The translations under genes were made by a program, and so were the position numbers. A stretch of 64,000 bases of DNA from the NCBI GenBank assembly GCA_964016885.1, contig OZ024748.1, forward strand, positions 41,540,001-41,604,000. The letters are read 5' to 3'. Positions 10,631 through 23,000 of the stretch are shown here, piece after piece; within the stretch, counting starts at the first letter, position 1; each line of letters opens with the position of its first letter. The notes below the pieces were generated by a model that did no database searches, was not told the DNA's origin, and worked only from the letters and a program-made list of their open reading frames with translations. The DNA comes from Eledone cirrhosa. Lineage: Eukaryota.

Positions 10631-12358
10631 ATGTTGTTTATTATTTTTATTATTTTTATAGGTTGTATCGTGATGTTTACTAGGAGGATTAATGTTAATG
10701 ATCTCACCACAACCATTTTTAGTTATATTTGTAGATTTAGGTGTTTTATCCTTTTTATTAGGAGTTTTATTATTAATATTTATTAGAGTTGTATGATGAG
10801 TAGTTTTTTGAGAGTTACTATATTTTATATTAGAAGATTTGGTATTTTGGGGTATAGTGTGGGTGGCATTTAGGTGTGTACTTTTCATTTGGTGTTTGTT
10901 GGTAATATTAGGTTGTATGCTTTTAGTATTTTTAGTAGAAGGTATATATTCTAATCTATTTTTGTGGCCACTTCTATCTAGAGCTTCGTTACAGAAGGTC
11001 GCATTTTTATCAAATACATCTTGGTTAGAAGAAAGGTTAGAAATTCTAAGTGATATATTATATGCAAGGTTTTTAAGGATAGATTTAGGGTGATTAGATT
11101 GTGAGTGTATGTAATGTAAGTTTTGGTTTGGTTTATGGTAAGGTTGGTAGATACCCGTAGCTAAATCTAAAGTTATATCTAGGAAATTTACTACTTTATT
11201 TGTTTTTTCAAAAGTAATATGAAGATTATAATAGTCTTTAAGGAAAGTTCTAATATGTTTTTTGTTTTTTTCAATTTCTGAAAGGCTAAGGTTGTTAGAA
11301 AGAAGAAGACAGTCATCACGATATAAACCACCTTTGAGGTGGGGAAAGGAGGCATTTATGTTGAAAAGGAGAAAGAGGCCCACAAGATCAGTAATTTGGG
11401 CGGAATCGCTTGAACCCATAGTAATATCAAATAGATTACTATATGTGTTTCTGGTCCAGTATTCATTCTGAAATTCAATAAGTGTTAGTCTAGCATGTGT
11501 AATAATATTAATGTCATCCAAAGTTAAGTTAGATCTATTTTTAGCAAATATCAATGCTTTGTTCAGGAGTATAGGTGATATAGAAGAATAGTAATTATCT
11601 ATATCAAATTGTAGAAATGAAGCAGAAGATTTACATCTAATATTTTTAAACCAGTTAATTACCTGGGAGGTGTTTTCCCAGAGTGGTAAAATAACGTGTT
11701 TTCTTATTTGTGGGATGACTCTATCCAAAATTTTTTTGCTAATTATTCCAATATCTGATTTGGAGGGACATATAAGTCTAATAGAAGGATTTGAGTTAAA
11801 GTTTGATTTATGATCCTTCAGGTTGAAGTGTGGTCTTTTCAATGCCAAAGGTTCAGTTCTATCTTCAATGTTTAGTTTTTTTACTATGTTGTGTGTTTTG
11901 TTGTTGATGTTGGTGAGTGACGCATTATTAGATTTTTTATAATTTTTTCTGAGTTCTTTATATATGAACTCATTATAATGTTCAATATCCATATGATACA
12001 AGTTACCAGTTTTGTCCGAGTGGACATGGATTTTTTTAGACTTTTTTAGGTCCAATAGGGTAGAATCAAGGTCCTTTTGAAAGACGGATTTATACTTTTT
12101 AAATTTGAGGTGTTTAATTAAATTAAAAAGGTCTTTCTCGAAGTCTTCAAGTAAAAAGTTGTGTGGTGGATTCTTGTAAGTATTGAAATCATACATATAT
12201 TTCCGATCTGCTTGTTTAGATTTTTTATCGAAGTGGTAGGCTCTCCATCTAACCCTTCTGATAAAATTATTAGTTTTTTGAATCATAAGGAGTAAGAAGT
12301 CATCCTTAGAAGGTATTGGTATGTTTTTTAAAGAGGTTCCCAAATATTGTTTTTCCAT
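10619..12358 (-). CDS. Penelope-like reverse transcriptase
   Basis: ATG at 12358 (MEKQYLGTSLKNIPIPS); DKTGN, LKDHK..F, RLICPSKS, FDIDNYYSSI, TMGSSDSA, LYRDD, VNFLDITLDL, YIHSQSNHP. Confidence 0.92.
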   Translation of the reverse strand: MEKQYLGTSLKNIPIPSKDDFLLLMIQKTNNFIRRVRWRAYHFDKKSKQADRKYMYDFNTYKNPPHNFLLEDFEKDLFNLIKHLKFKKYKSVFQKDLDSTLLDLKKSKKIHVHSDKTGNLYHMDIEHYNEFIYKELRKNYKKSNNASLTNINNKTHNIVKKLNIEDRTEPLALKRPHFNLKDHKSNFNSNPSIRLICPSKSDIGIISKKILDRVIPQIRKHVILPLWENTSQVINWFKNIRCKSSASFLQFDIDNYYSSISPILLNKALIFAKNRSNLTLDDINIITHARLTLIEFQNEYWTRNTYSNLFDITMGSSDSAQITDLVGLFLLFNINASFPHLKGGLYRDDCLLLSNNLSLSEIEKNKKHIRTFLKDYYNLHITFEKTNKVVNFLDITLDLATGIYQPYHKPNQNLHYIHSQSNHPKSILKNLAYNISLRISNLSSNQDVFDKNATFCNEALDRSGHKNRLEYIPSTKNTKSIQPNITNKHQMKSTHLNATHTIPQNTKSSNIKYSNSQKTTHHTTLININNKTPNKKDKTPKSTNITKNGCGEIININPPSKHHDTTYKNNKNNKQHKKP

Positions 12359-12556
12359 TGTGATATGGATGATGGACAATTGAAAGAGCTCAACTAAATG
12401 TATATGGGTTTATAAAATCATACATATATATGTATATACACAAATATAAAATTAATACACACATACAGTATAAAAATACGAATATTTCCGTGTATATATA
12501 TTTCCGTGTATATATACGAATATTTCCGTGTATATATATTTCCGTATATATATATA

Positions 12557-12894
<338 letters not shown>

Positions 12895-13058
12895 GAGATA
12901 GAGGGGTGGGAGGATGATAGAGAAAGGAGGATAGAGAGAGAGAGAGAGCTAGAGCAATGATACACACGAAAAAAAAACTAAAATATGTGGGACGAATGTA
13001 CAAAAGCAACCAATTCCTCATCAGCTACATCCTGTCATGTAATTTCGTGCATATAGGT

Positions 13059-13262
13059 GAGATTTCATTGGGAGACAACCCTGGCTTCGACGAGACTTCA
13101 TTGGGGACTACGTTGTCTTCGACGAGACTTCATGGGGGTACTACGTTGGCTTCGACGAGACTTCATTGGGGGACTACGTTGGCTTCGACGAGACTTCATT
13201 GAGAGACTACGCTGACTTCGACGAGATTTCTCTTGGGAGACTCGGGTGGCTTCGACGAGATT
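13059..13262. repeat. 33-bp minisatellite, ~6 copies (GAGACTTCATTGGGGGACTACGTTGGCTTCGAC)
   Basis: Head-to-tail diverged units with an invariant CTTCGACGAGA. Confidence 0.9.
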
Positions 13263-13350
13263 TGATCTCAGGACTTAAATGAGACATAATAAATACCACA
13301 CAGTATTTTGTTGGGTGCTGTATCGATTTTTTAATCCATCGTTTAATAAT

Positions 13351-13527
13351 TGTTTCTACTTTTGGCACAAGGCCAGTATTTATCCCAGTGTATTACTGGT
13401 ACTTTATTTTATCGACCCCGTAAGGATGAAAGGCAAAGTTAACCTCGGCGGGATTTGTACTCAGATCGTAAAGGGAGGTAACTCTATGCTTCAAAGCATG
13501 GCGTCCGACCCTCTACCGATACTGCCA
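13351..13527 (-). mobile_element. tRNA-derived SINE, copy 2
   Basis: Colinear with 2704-2879; same A-box-like start, mutated B-box. Confidence 0.8.
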
Positions 13528-13529
13528 TT

Positions 13530-13680
13530 AAGTTTTGGTACGTAGGGAATAATGGTAGAAGGAATCGATTAAATCGATCCAAGTTCTTAATTGGTATTTA
13601 TTTTATTGAACCCTGAAATCATGAAACATTAAGTAGACTCCAGTGGGATTTGAACTTAGAGTGTAAAGGGAGACAACTAA
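13530..13680 (-). mobile_element. Degenerate SINE fragment
   Basis: TGGTATTTATTTTATTGAACCCTGAAA...GGGATTTGAACTTAGA matches the core of copies 1 and 2. Confidence 0.6.
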
Positions 13681-13809
13681 GTAGTGATTTCTAACATAGG
13701 CATCGAGGGGTGAGAATTCAACGCATGACAAACGTATTTTATTGGCCCTAAAACCATGAAAAGATCGTTAGCTCACCTCCCACCCCCACCCCCAATGTCT
13801 CTATATGGG

Positions 13810-14135
13810 TGCGTGTATGTTTGTGTGTGTGTGTGTGTGTTTGTTTGTGTGTATCTATGTATGTTTGTATATCTATCTGTGTATTTGAGTGTTTGTGTGT
13901 GTGTATATCTGTACATGTGTGTGTTTATGTGTTTGTGTGTGTTTGTGCATGTATATGTGTGTATGTTTATAAGTGTGTGTAGCTGTACATGTGTGTGTTT
14001 ATGAGTGTGTATGTGTGTGTTTTCATGAGTGTGTGTGTGCATATGTGTGTTTTAACAATGGAGAAAAAAGGTGTTTTATGGTCGCCATTTTAAAACTGTT
14101 TTCTGCCATTGACGACCTTGTTTGGTTTTTAATGG

Positions 14136-14200
<65 letters not shown>

Positions 14201-14302
14201 GTGTGTGTGCGTGTGTGTGTGTGCATGTGTGTATATGTGTGTGTATGTGTGGTGATATGTGTGTGTGTACGGTGATATATGTGGGTGTGATTGTGTGTGG
14301 TG

Positions 14303-14360
<58 letters not shown>

Positions 14361-14440
14361 TGATTGTGTATCTTTTTATATCTATGTGTGATGTTTGTGT
14401 CTGTATATATATATGTCTTACTATGTGTGTATGTGTATGT
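13810..14440. repeat. (TG)n-rich microsatellites
   Basis: Seen directly. Confidence 0.9.
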
Positions 14441-14568
14441 AGATTGTAATGGCAGTTGGTATGGCGGCTTTATTGCAGGTGAGAACATAGGTGGGATGTT
14501 GTGGTCGTCTCTCATTATCCTCGGAATGTCCAAACAGATCTAACACTTCAGTTATAAAACTCCCGGCC
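14422..14568 (-). CDS. Candidate exon of an unidentified host gene
   Basis: Acceptor CTCCTTTCAG; single open frame AGSFITEVLDLFGHSEDNERRPQHPTYVLTCNKAAIPTAIT; possible donor GTAAGA giving 147 nt (alternatively ends at an in-frame TAG). Confidence 0.45.
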
Positions 14569-14635
14569 CTGAAAGGAGATTTTATTCTCTTCCTCTACAA
14601 AAGCAGCAACGCTCAACAGAAAAGATTAATCGGGT

Positions 14636-16559
14636 AAAATAACCGACTTAATAACTGACGAAGAAATAACTGACTTAATAACAGACGAAGAAATAACTGA
14701 CTTAATAACAGACGAAGAAATAACTGACTTAATAACAGACGAAGAAATAACGGACTTAATAACAGACGAAGAAATAACGGACTTAATAACAGACGAAGAA
14801 ATAACGGACTTAATAACAGACGAAGAAATAACTGACTTAATAACAGACGAAGAAATAACGGACTTAATAACACACGAAGAAATAACTGACTTAATAACAG
14901 ACGAAGAAATAACTGACTTAATAACAGACGAAGAAATAACTGACTTAATAACACACGAAGAAATAACTGACTTAATAACAGACGAAGAAATAACGGACTT
15001 AATAACAGACGAAGAAATAACTGACTTAATAACACACGAAGAAATAACTGACTTAATAACACACGAAGAAATAACTGACTTAATAACAGACGAAGAAATA
15101 ACGGACTTAATAACACACGAAGAAATAACTGACTTAATAACAGACGAAGAAATAACTGACTTAATAACAGACGAAGAAATAACTGACTTAATAACAGACG
15201 AAGAAATAACTGACTTAATAACAGACGAAGAAATAACTGACTTAATAACAGACGAAGAAATAACTGACTTAATAACACACGAAGAAATAACTGACTTAAT
15301 AACAGACGAAGAAATAACGGACTTAATAACACACGAAGAAATAACTGACTTAATAACAGACGAAGAAATAACTGACTTAATAACAGACGAAGAAATAACT
15401 GACTTAATAACACACGAAGAAATAACTGACTTAATAACAGACGAAGAAATAACGGACTTAATAACACACGAAGAAATAACTGACTTAATAACAGACGAAG
15501 AAATAACTGACTTAATAACAGACGAAGAAATAACTGACTTAATAACACACGAAGAAATAACTGACTTAATAACAGACGAAGAAATAACGGACTTAATAAC
15601 ACACGAAGAAATAACTGACTTAATAACAGACGAAGAAATAACTGACTTAATAACAGACGAAGAAATAACTGACTTAATAACACACGAAGAAATAACTGAC
15701 TTAATAACAGACGAAGAAATAACGGACTTAATAACAGACGAAGAAATAACTGACTTAATAACACACGAAGAAATAACTGACTTAATAACACACGAAGAAA
15801 TAACTGACTTAATAACAGACGAAGAAATAACGGACTTAATAACACACGAAGAAATAACTGACTTAATAACAGACGAAGAAATAACTGACTTAATAACAGA
15901 CGAAGAAATAACTGACTTAATAACAGACGAAGAAATAACTGACTTAATAACAGACGAAGAAATAACTGACTTAATAACAGACGAAGAAATAACTGACTTA
16001 ATAACACACGAAGAAATAACTGACTTAATAACAGACGAAGAAATAACGGACTTAATAACACACGAAGAAATAACTGACTTAATAACAGACGAAGAAATAA
16101 CTGACTTAATAACAGACGAAGAAATAACTGACTTAATAACACACGAAGAAATAACTGACTTAATAACAGACGAAGAAATAACGGACTTAATAACAGACGA
16201 AGAAATAACGGACTTAATAACAGACGAAGAAATAACTGACTTAATAACACACGAAGAAATAACTGACTTAATAACACACGAAGAAATAACTGACTTAATA
16301 ACAGACGAAGAAATAACGGACTTAATAACACACGAAGAAATAACTGACTTAATAACAGACGAAGAAATAACTGACTTAATAACAGACGAAGAAATAACTG
16401 ACTTAATAACAGACGAAGAAATAACTGACTTAATAACAGACGAAGAAATAACGGACTTAATAACACACGAAGAAATAACTGACTTAATAACAGACGAAGA
16501 AATAACTGACTTAATAACACACGAAGAAATAACGGACTTAATAACAGGCGAAGAAATAA
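14636..16559. repeat. 27-bp minisatellite, ~71 copies (ACTTAATAACA[G/C]ACGAAGAAATAAC[T/G]G)
   Basis: Constant unit length; only two variable positions apart from the terminal units. Confidence 0.97.
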
Positions 16560-16569
16560 GCTCGTGGAG

Positions 16570-18940
16570 AGATTTATACAATTAGGAACATACGTATGTT
16601 TACATATATATTAGGGCTGAACACAATGGAATCAAATTCTCATTGCCTCTGCCTCCCTCTCTCTCGCTATTATGAGCAAATTAAGGTCCACGCGCTGGTC
16701 GACCTGCGGACAGAATAGAGAAAGCGTTTTCCTGGAGGATGGCGAGGCAGATGCGTTGAAAGAGCCATTCCAGATCGCGTGACTCACACCTGCGGGTAGA
16801 CCACTCTGTACCGATAGTGGTGAGTAGGGAGGTGGTCCTAGGGCCAAGGACACCAGAAGTCTCCACTGCTACGGGTAGCTAACTCTGTACCGATAGTGGT
16901 GAGTAGGGAGGTGGTCCTAGGGCCAAGGACACCAGAAGTCTTCACTGCTACGGGTATCTAACTCTGTACCGATAGTGGTGAGTAAGGGTGTGGTCCTAGG
17001 GCCAAGGACACCAGAAGTCTCCACTGCTACGGGTATCTAACTCTGTACCGATAGTGGTGTGTAGAGAGGTGGTCCTAGGGCCAAGGACACCAGAAGTCTC
17101 CACTGCTACGGGTAGCAAACTCTGTACCGATAGTGGTGAGTAGGGTGGTGGTCCTAGGGCCAAGGACACCAGAAGTCTCCACTGCTACGGGTAGCAAACT
17201 CTGTACCGATAGTGGTGAGTAGGGGGTGGTCCTAGGGCCAAGGACACCAGAAGTCTCCACTGTTACGGGTAGCAAACTCTGTACCGATAGTGGTGAGTAG
17301 GGTGGTGGTCCTAGGGCCAAGGACACCAGAAGTCTCCACTGTTACGGGTAGCAAACTCTGTACCGATAGTGGTGAGTAGGGTGGTGGTCCTAGGGCCAAG
17401 GACACCAGAAGTCTCCACTGTTACGGGTAGCAAACTCTGTACCGATAGTGGTGAGTAGGGGGTGGTCCTAGGGCCAAGGACACCAGAAGTCTCCACTGTT
17501 ACGGGTAGCAAACTCTGTACCGATAGTGGTGAGTAGGGGGTGGTCCTAGGGCCAAGGACACCAGAAGTCTCCACTGCTACGGGTAGCTAAATCTGTACCG
17601 ATTGTGGTGAGTAAGGGGTGGTCCTAGGGCCAAGGACAACAGAAGTCTCCACTGCTACGGGTAGCAAACTCTGTACCGATAGTGGTGAGTAGTGGGGGGG
17701 GGGTCCTAGGGCCAAGGTCACCAGAAGTCTCCACTGCTACGGGTATCTAACTCTGTACCGATAGTGGTGTGTAGAGAGGTGGTCCTAGGGCCAAGGATAG
17801 AAGTCTCCACTGCTACGGGTAGCTAACTCTGTACCGATAGTGGTGAGTAGGGGGGTGGTCCTAGGGCCAAGGACACCAGAAGTCTCCACTGCTACGGGTA
17901 GCTAACTCTGTACCGATTGTGGTGAGTAGGGGTGTGGTCCTAGGGCCAAGGACACCAGAAGTCTCCACTGCTACGGGTAACTAACTCTGTACCGATAGTG
18001 GTGAGTAGTGGGGGGGGGGTCCTAGGGCCAAGGACACCAGAAGTCTCCACTGCTACGGGTAGCTAACTCTGTACCGATAGTGGTGAGTAGGGAGGTGGTC
18101 CTAGGGCCAAGGTCACCAGAAGTCTCCACTGCTACGGGTATCTAACTCTGTACCGATAGTGGTGTGTAGAGAGGTGGTCCTAGGGCCAAGGACAGAAGTC
18201 TCCACTGCTACGGGTAGCTAACTCTGTACCGATAGTGGTGTGTAGAGAGGTGGTCCTAGGGCCAAGGACAGAAGTCTCCACTGCTACGGGTAGCTAACTC
18301 TGTACCAATTGTGGTGTGTAGAGAGGTGGTCCTAGGGCCAAGGACAGAAGTCTCCACTGCTACGGGTAGCTAACTCTGTACCGATAGTGGTGTGTAGAGA
18401 GGTGGTCCTAGGGCCAAGGACAGAAGTCTCCACTGCTACGGGTAGCTAACTCTGTACCAATTGTGGTGTGTAGAGAGGTGGTCCTAGGGCCAAGGACAGA
18501 AGTCTCCACTGCTACGGGTAGCTAACTCTGTACCAATTGTGGTGTGTAGAGAGGTGGTCCTAGGGCCAAGGACAGAAGTCTCCACTGCTACGGGTAGCTA
18601 ACTCTGTACCAATTGTGGTGTGTAGAGAGGTGGTCCTAGGGCCAAGGACAGAAGTCTCCACTGCTACGGGTAGCTAACTCTGTACCAATTGTGGTGTGTA
18701 GAGAGGTGGTCCTAGGGCCAAGGACAGAAGTCTCCACTGCTACGGGTAGCTAACTCTGTACCGATAGTGGTGTGTAGAGAGGTGGTCCTAGGGCCAAGGA
18801 CAGAAGTCTCCACTGCTACGGGTAGCTAACTCTGTACCGATAGTGGTGTGTAGAGAGGTGGTCCTAGGGCCAAGGACAGAAGTCTCCACTGCTACGGACT
18901 CGACTGGGACTCTGTCGGAGAGCGACCGATATTTGGAGAG
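16570..18940 (-). mobile_element. 5'-truncated CRE-like (RLE-encoding) non-LTR retrotransposon remnant
   Basis: With the array collapsed it reads SKYRSLSDRV..ESVAVETSGVLGPRTTSLLTTIGTEWSTRRCESRDLEWLFQRICLAILQENAFSILSAG, matching the CRE-type C-terminal pattern KY..L....F.P.AVET.G..G....L...IG.......FQR...A....NA. Confidence 0.75.
16793..18897. repeat. 76-79 bp minisatellite, ~27 copies, derived from retrotransposon coding sequence
   Basis: Unit CTCTGTACCGATAGTGGTGAGTAGGGAGGTGGTCCTAGGGCCAAGGACACCAGAAGTCTCCACTGCTACGGGTAGCTAA; first period 16804 to 16883. Confidence 0.97.
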
Positions 18941-18982
18941 AACAGTACTGACAACAAATGTAAGAGCTTTAATACGACAGGG

Positions 18983-19710
18983 ATGGTGGTGGTGGTGGTG
19001 TTGGCGGAGGTAGTGATTGTAGTGGTGGTGGTGATGGTGGTGGTGGTGGTGGTGGTGGTGGTTGTCGTGGTGATAGTAGTGATGGTGATGGTGGTGATGG
19101 TAGTGGTGATGGTAGTGGTGGTGGTGGTGATGGTGGTGAAGGTGATATTGGTGATGGTAGTGGTGGTGGTGGTAGTGGTGGTGGAGGTGGTGGTGATGGT
19201 AGTGGTGGTGGTGGTGGTTGTCGTGGTGATAGTGGTGATGGTGATGGTGGTGATGGTAGTGGTGATGGTAGTGATGGTGGTGGTGGTGGTGGTGGTGGTG
19301 GTGGTGGTAGTGGTGGTGGTGGTGGTGGTGGTGGTGGTGGTGGTGATGGTGGTGGTGATGGTGGTGGTGGTGGTGAATGTGGTGATGATGGTGGTGGTGA
19401 TGGTGGTGGTGGTGGTGGGATGGTGGTGGTGATGGTGGTGATAGTGGTGATGATGGTGGTGGTGATGGTGGTGATAGTGGTGATGGTAGTGGTGGTGGTG
19501 GTGGTAGTGGTGGTGGTGAATGTGATGGTAGTGGTGGTGGTGGTGGTGATAGTGGTGATGGTAGTGGTGGTGGTGGTGGTGATAGTGGTGATGGTAGTGG
19601 TGGTGATAGTGGTGATGGTAGTGGTGGTGTGGTGGTGATGATAGTGGTGATGGTAGTGGTGGTGTGGTGGTGATAGTGGTGATGGTAGTGGTGGTGTGGT
19701 GGTGGTGATG
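18983..19710. repeat. (GGT/GAT/AGT)n triplet microsatellite
   Basis: Seen directly. Confidence 0.95.
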
Positions 19711-19773
19711 GTTCAAATCAGCTGTAAATGATTTAATAAATCCCTCAACAATAACGACTTTCGGAACAATTAC

Positions 19774-19890
19774 CAGAGTTGGGTTGAGACAGGAGTAAGG
19801 GGCCATTGAAGAGAATGTGATAACATTTGGAAGCAGACTCCAGCTGAATCCCATATTCTAATCTCAATAACCTTGTATAGAAAGGACCAT
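19774..19890 (-). CDS. Candidate 117-nt internal exon of an unidentified host gene
   Basis: Acceptor CAATCTTAG, donor TG/GTAATT; open as WSFLYKVIEIRIWDSAGVCFQMLSHSLQWPLTPVSTQL; phase 2 matches the 14568 acceptor. Confidence 0.5.
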
Positions 19891-20039
19891 CTAAGATTGA
19901 GCAGTATATCGAAATTATTATATGTTAACACACAGTAAGGGCCAAAATCGAGAGGTTTAGCCTATAGTACACTATAACTTTAATAAGTTACCACACATTG
20001 TGACGGCTAAAATATATAGGTTTAGCCTATAGTACACTT

Positions 20040-23000
20040 ATTGTTTTTGCTGTTATTGCAGTTATTGTTGTTGCTGTTACTGGTGTTGTTGTTCTTACTG
20101 TTGTAGTTGATGTTATAGTTACTGTTGTTGTTACTGTTGTTGTTACTGTTGTAGTTGCTGTTGTAGTTACTGTTGTAGTTATTGTTGTAGTTACTGTTGT
20201 AGTTACTGTTGTAGTTATTGTTGTAGTTATTGTTGTAGTTACTGTTGTAGTTACTGTTGTAGTCACTGTTGTAGTTGCTGTTGTAGTTACTGTTGTAGTT
20301 ACTGTTGTAGTTACTGTTGTGGTTACTGTTGTAGTTACTGTTGTAGTTACTGTTGTAGTTATTGTTGTAGTTACTGTTGTAGTTACTGTTGTAGTTGCTG
20401 TTGTAGTTACTGTTGTAGTTACTGTTGTAGTTACTGTTGTAGTTACGGTTGTAGTTACTGTTGTAGTTACTGTTGTAGTTACTGTTGTAGTTACTGTTGT
20501 AGTTGCTGTTGTAGTTACTGTTGTAGTTACTGTTGTAGTTACTGTTGTGGTTACTGTTTTAGTTATTGTTGTAGTTACTGTTGTAGTTACTGTTGTAGTA
20601 CTGTTGTTACTGCTGTTGTTGTTACTGTTGTTGTTACTGTTGTAGTTACTGTTGTAGTTACTGTTGTAGTTATTGTTGTAGTTACTGTTGTAGTTGCTGT
20701 TGTAGTTACTGTTGTAGTTATTGTTGTAGTTACTGTTGTAGTTACTGTTGTAGTTATTGTTGTAGTTATTGTTGTAGTTACTGTTGTAGTTACTGTTGTA
20801 GTTACTGTTGTAGTTATTGTTGTAGTTACTGTTGTAGTTACTGTTGTAGTTACTGTTGTAGTTACTGTTGTAGTTACTGTTGTAGTTACTGTTGTAGTTA
20901 CTGTTGTAGTTACTGTTGTAGTCACTGTTGTAGTTACTGTTGTAGTTACTGTTGTAGTTATTGTTGTAGTTATTGTTGTAGTTACTGTTGTAGTTACTGT
21001 TGTAGTTACTGTTGTAGTTACTGTTGTAGTTACTGTTGTAGTTACTGTTGTAGTTGCTGTTGTAGTTACTGTTGTAGTTACTGTTGTAGTTACTGTTGTA
21101 GTTACTGTTGTAGTTACTGTTGTAGTTACTGTTGTAGTTACTGTTGTAGTTGCTGTTGAAGTTACTGTTGTAGTTACTGTTGTAGTTACTGTTGTAGTTA
21201 CGGTTGTAGTTACTGTTGTAGTTACTGTTGTAGTTACTGTTGTAGTTACTGTTGTAGTTACTGTTGTAGTTACTGTTGTAGTTGCTGTTGTAGTTACTGT
21301 TGTAGTTACTGTTGTAGTTACTGTTGTAGTTACTGTTGTAGTTATTGTTGTAGTTATTGTTGTAGTTGCTGTTGTAGTTGCTGTTGTAGTTGCTGTTGTA
21401 GTTACTGTTGTAGTTACTGTTGTAGTTACTGTTGTAGTTACTGTTGTAGTTACTGTTGTAGTTGCTGTTGTAGTTACTGTTGTAGTTACTGTTGTAGTTA
21501 CTGTTGTAGTTACTGTTGTAGTTACTGTTGTAGTTATTGTTGTAGTTGCTGTTGTAGTTGCTGTTGTAGTTGCTGTTGTAGTTACTGTTGTAGTTACTGT
21601 TGTAGTTACGGTTGTAGTTACTGTTGTAGTTACTGTTGTGGTTACTGTTGTGGTTACTGTTGTAGTTACTGTTGTAGTTAATGTTGTAGTTACTGTTGTA
21701 GTTACTGTTGTAGTTACTGTTGTAGTTACTGTTGTAGTTACTGTTGTAGTTACTGTTGTAGTTACTGTTGCAGTTACTGTTGTAGTTATTGTTGTTACTG
21801 CTGTTGCTGTTGTAGTTGCTGTTGTAGTTACTGTTGTAGTTGCTGTTGTAGTTACTGTTGTAGTTACTGTTGTAGTTACTATTGTAGTTACTGTTGTAGT
21901 TACTGTTGTAGTTACTGTTGTAGTTACTGTTGTAGTTACTGTTGTAGTTACTGTTGTAGTTACTGTTGTAGTTACTGTTGTAGTTACTGTTGTAGTTATT
22001 GTTGTAGTTACTGTTGTAGTTGCTGTTGTAGTTACTGTTGTAGTTACTGTTGTAGTTACTGTTGTAGTTGCTGTTGTAGCTACTGTTGTAGTTACTGTTG
22101 TAGTTATTGTTGTAGTTGCTGTTGTAGTTACTGTTGTACTTATTGTTGTAGTTACTGTTGTAGTTACTGTTGTAGTTACTGTTGTAGTTACTGTTGTAGT
22201 TACTGTTGTAGTTACTGTTGTGGTTACTGTTGTAGTTACTGTTGTATTTACTGTTGTAGTTACTGTTGTAGTTATTGTTGTAGTTACTGTTGTAGTTACT
22301 GTTGTAGTTATTGTTGTAGTTACTGTTGTAGTTACTGTTGTAGTTACTGTTGTAGTTACTGTTGTAGTTACTGTTGTAGTTACTGTTGTAGTTACTGTTG
22401 TATTTACTGTTGTAGTTACTGTTGTAGTTATTGTTGTAGTTACTGTTGTAGTTACTGTTGTAGTTACTGTTGTAGTTACTGTTGTAGTTACTGTTGTAGT
22501 TACTGTTGTAGTTACTGTTGTAGTTACTGTTGTAGTTACTGTTGTAGTTATTGTTGTAGTTACTGTTGTAGTTACTGTTGTAGTTACTGTTGTAGTTACT
22601 GTTGTAGTTACTGTTGTAGTTACTGTTGTAGTTACTGTTGTAGTTATTGTTGTAGTTACTGTTGTAGTTACTGTTGTAGTTACTGTTGTAGTTACTGTTG
22701 TAGTTACTGTTGTAGTTACTGTTGTAGTTACTGTTGTAGTTATTGTTGTGGTTATTGTTGTAGTTACTGTTGTAGTTACTGTTGTAGTTACTGTTGTAGT
22801 CACTGTTGTAGTTACTGTTGTAGTTATTGTTGTAGTTAATGTTGTAGTCACTGTTGTAGTTACTGTTGTAGTTACTGTTGTAGTTATTGTTGTGGTTATT
22901 GTTGTAGTTACTGTTGTAGTTACTGTTGTAGTTACTGTTGTAGTCACTGTTGTAGTTACTGTTGTAGTTATTGTTGTAGTTAATGTTGTAGTCACTGTTG

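Larger units (their letters stand above)
6016..12545 (-). mobile_element. Penelope-like retroelement with C-terminal GIY-YIG endonuclease (Nematis/Neptune-like, clade tentative)
   Basis: RT plus GIY-YIG coding region 9916-12358; same-strand hammerhead near the putative 3' end; both ends abut (TA)n. Continuity across 6230-9915 is inferred. Confidence 0.7.

Noticed and set aside
9916-12379. Naiad-type selenoprotein PLE or telomerase
   Set aside because: The endonuclease is C-terminal, the break is a frameshift ending in TAA rather than an in-frame TGA, and no TERT-specific domains are seen.
14613-16581. 635- and 651-aa repeat ORFs
   Set aside because: Open only because the unit length is 27 and lacks stops in two frames; no independent coding evidence.
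13059-18897. 33-, 27- and 79-bp arrays as CRISPR arrays
   Set aside because: Units are head-to-tail with no unique spacers, there are no cas genes, and the context is eukaryotic.
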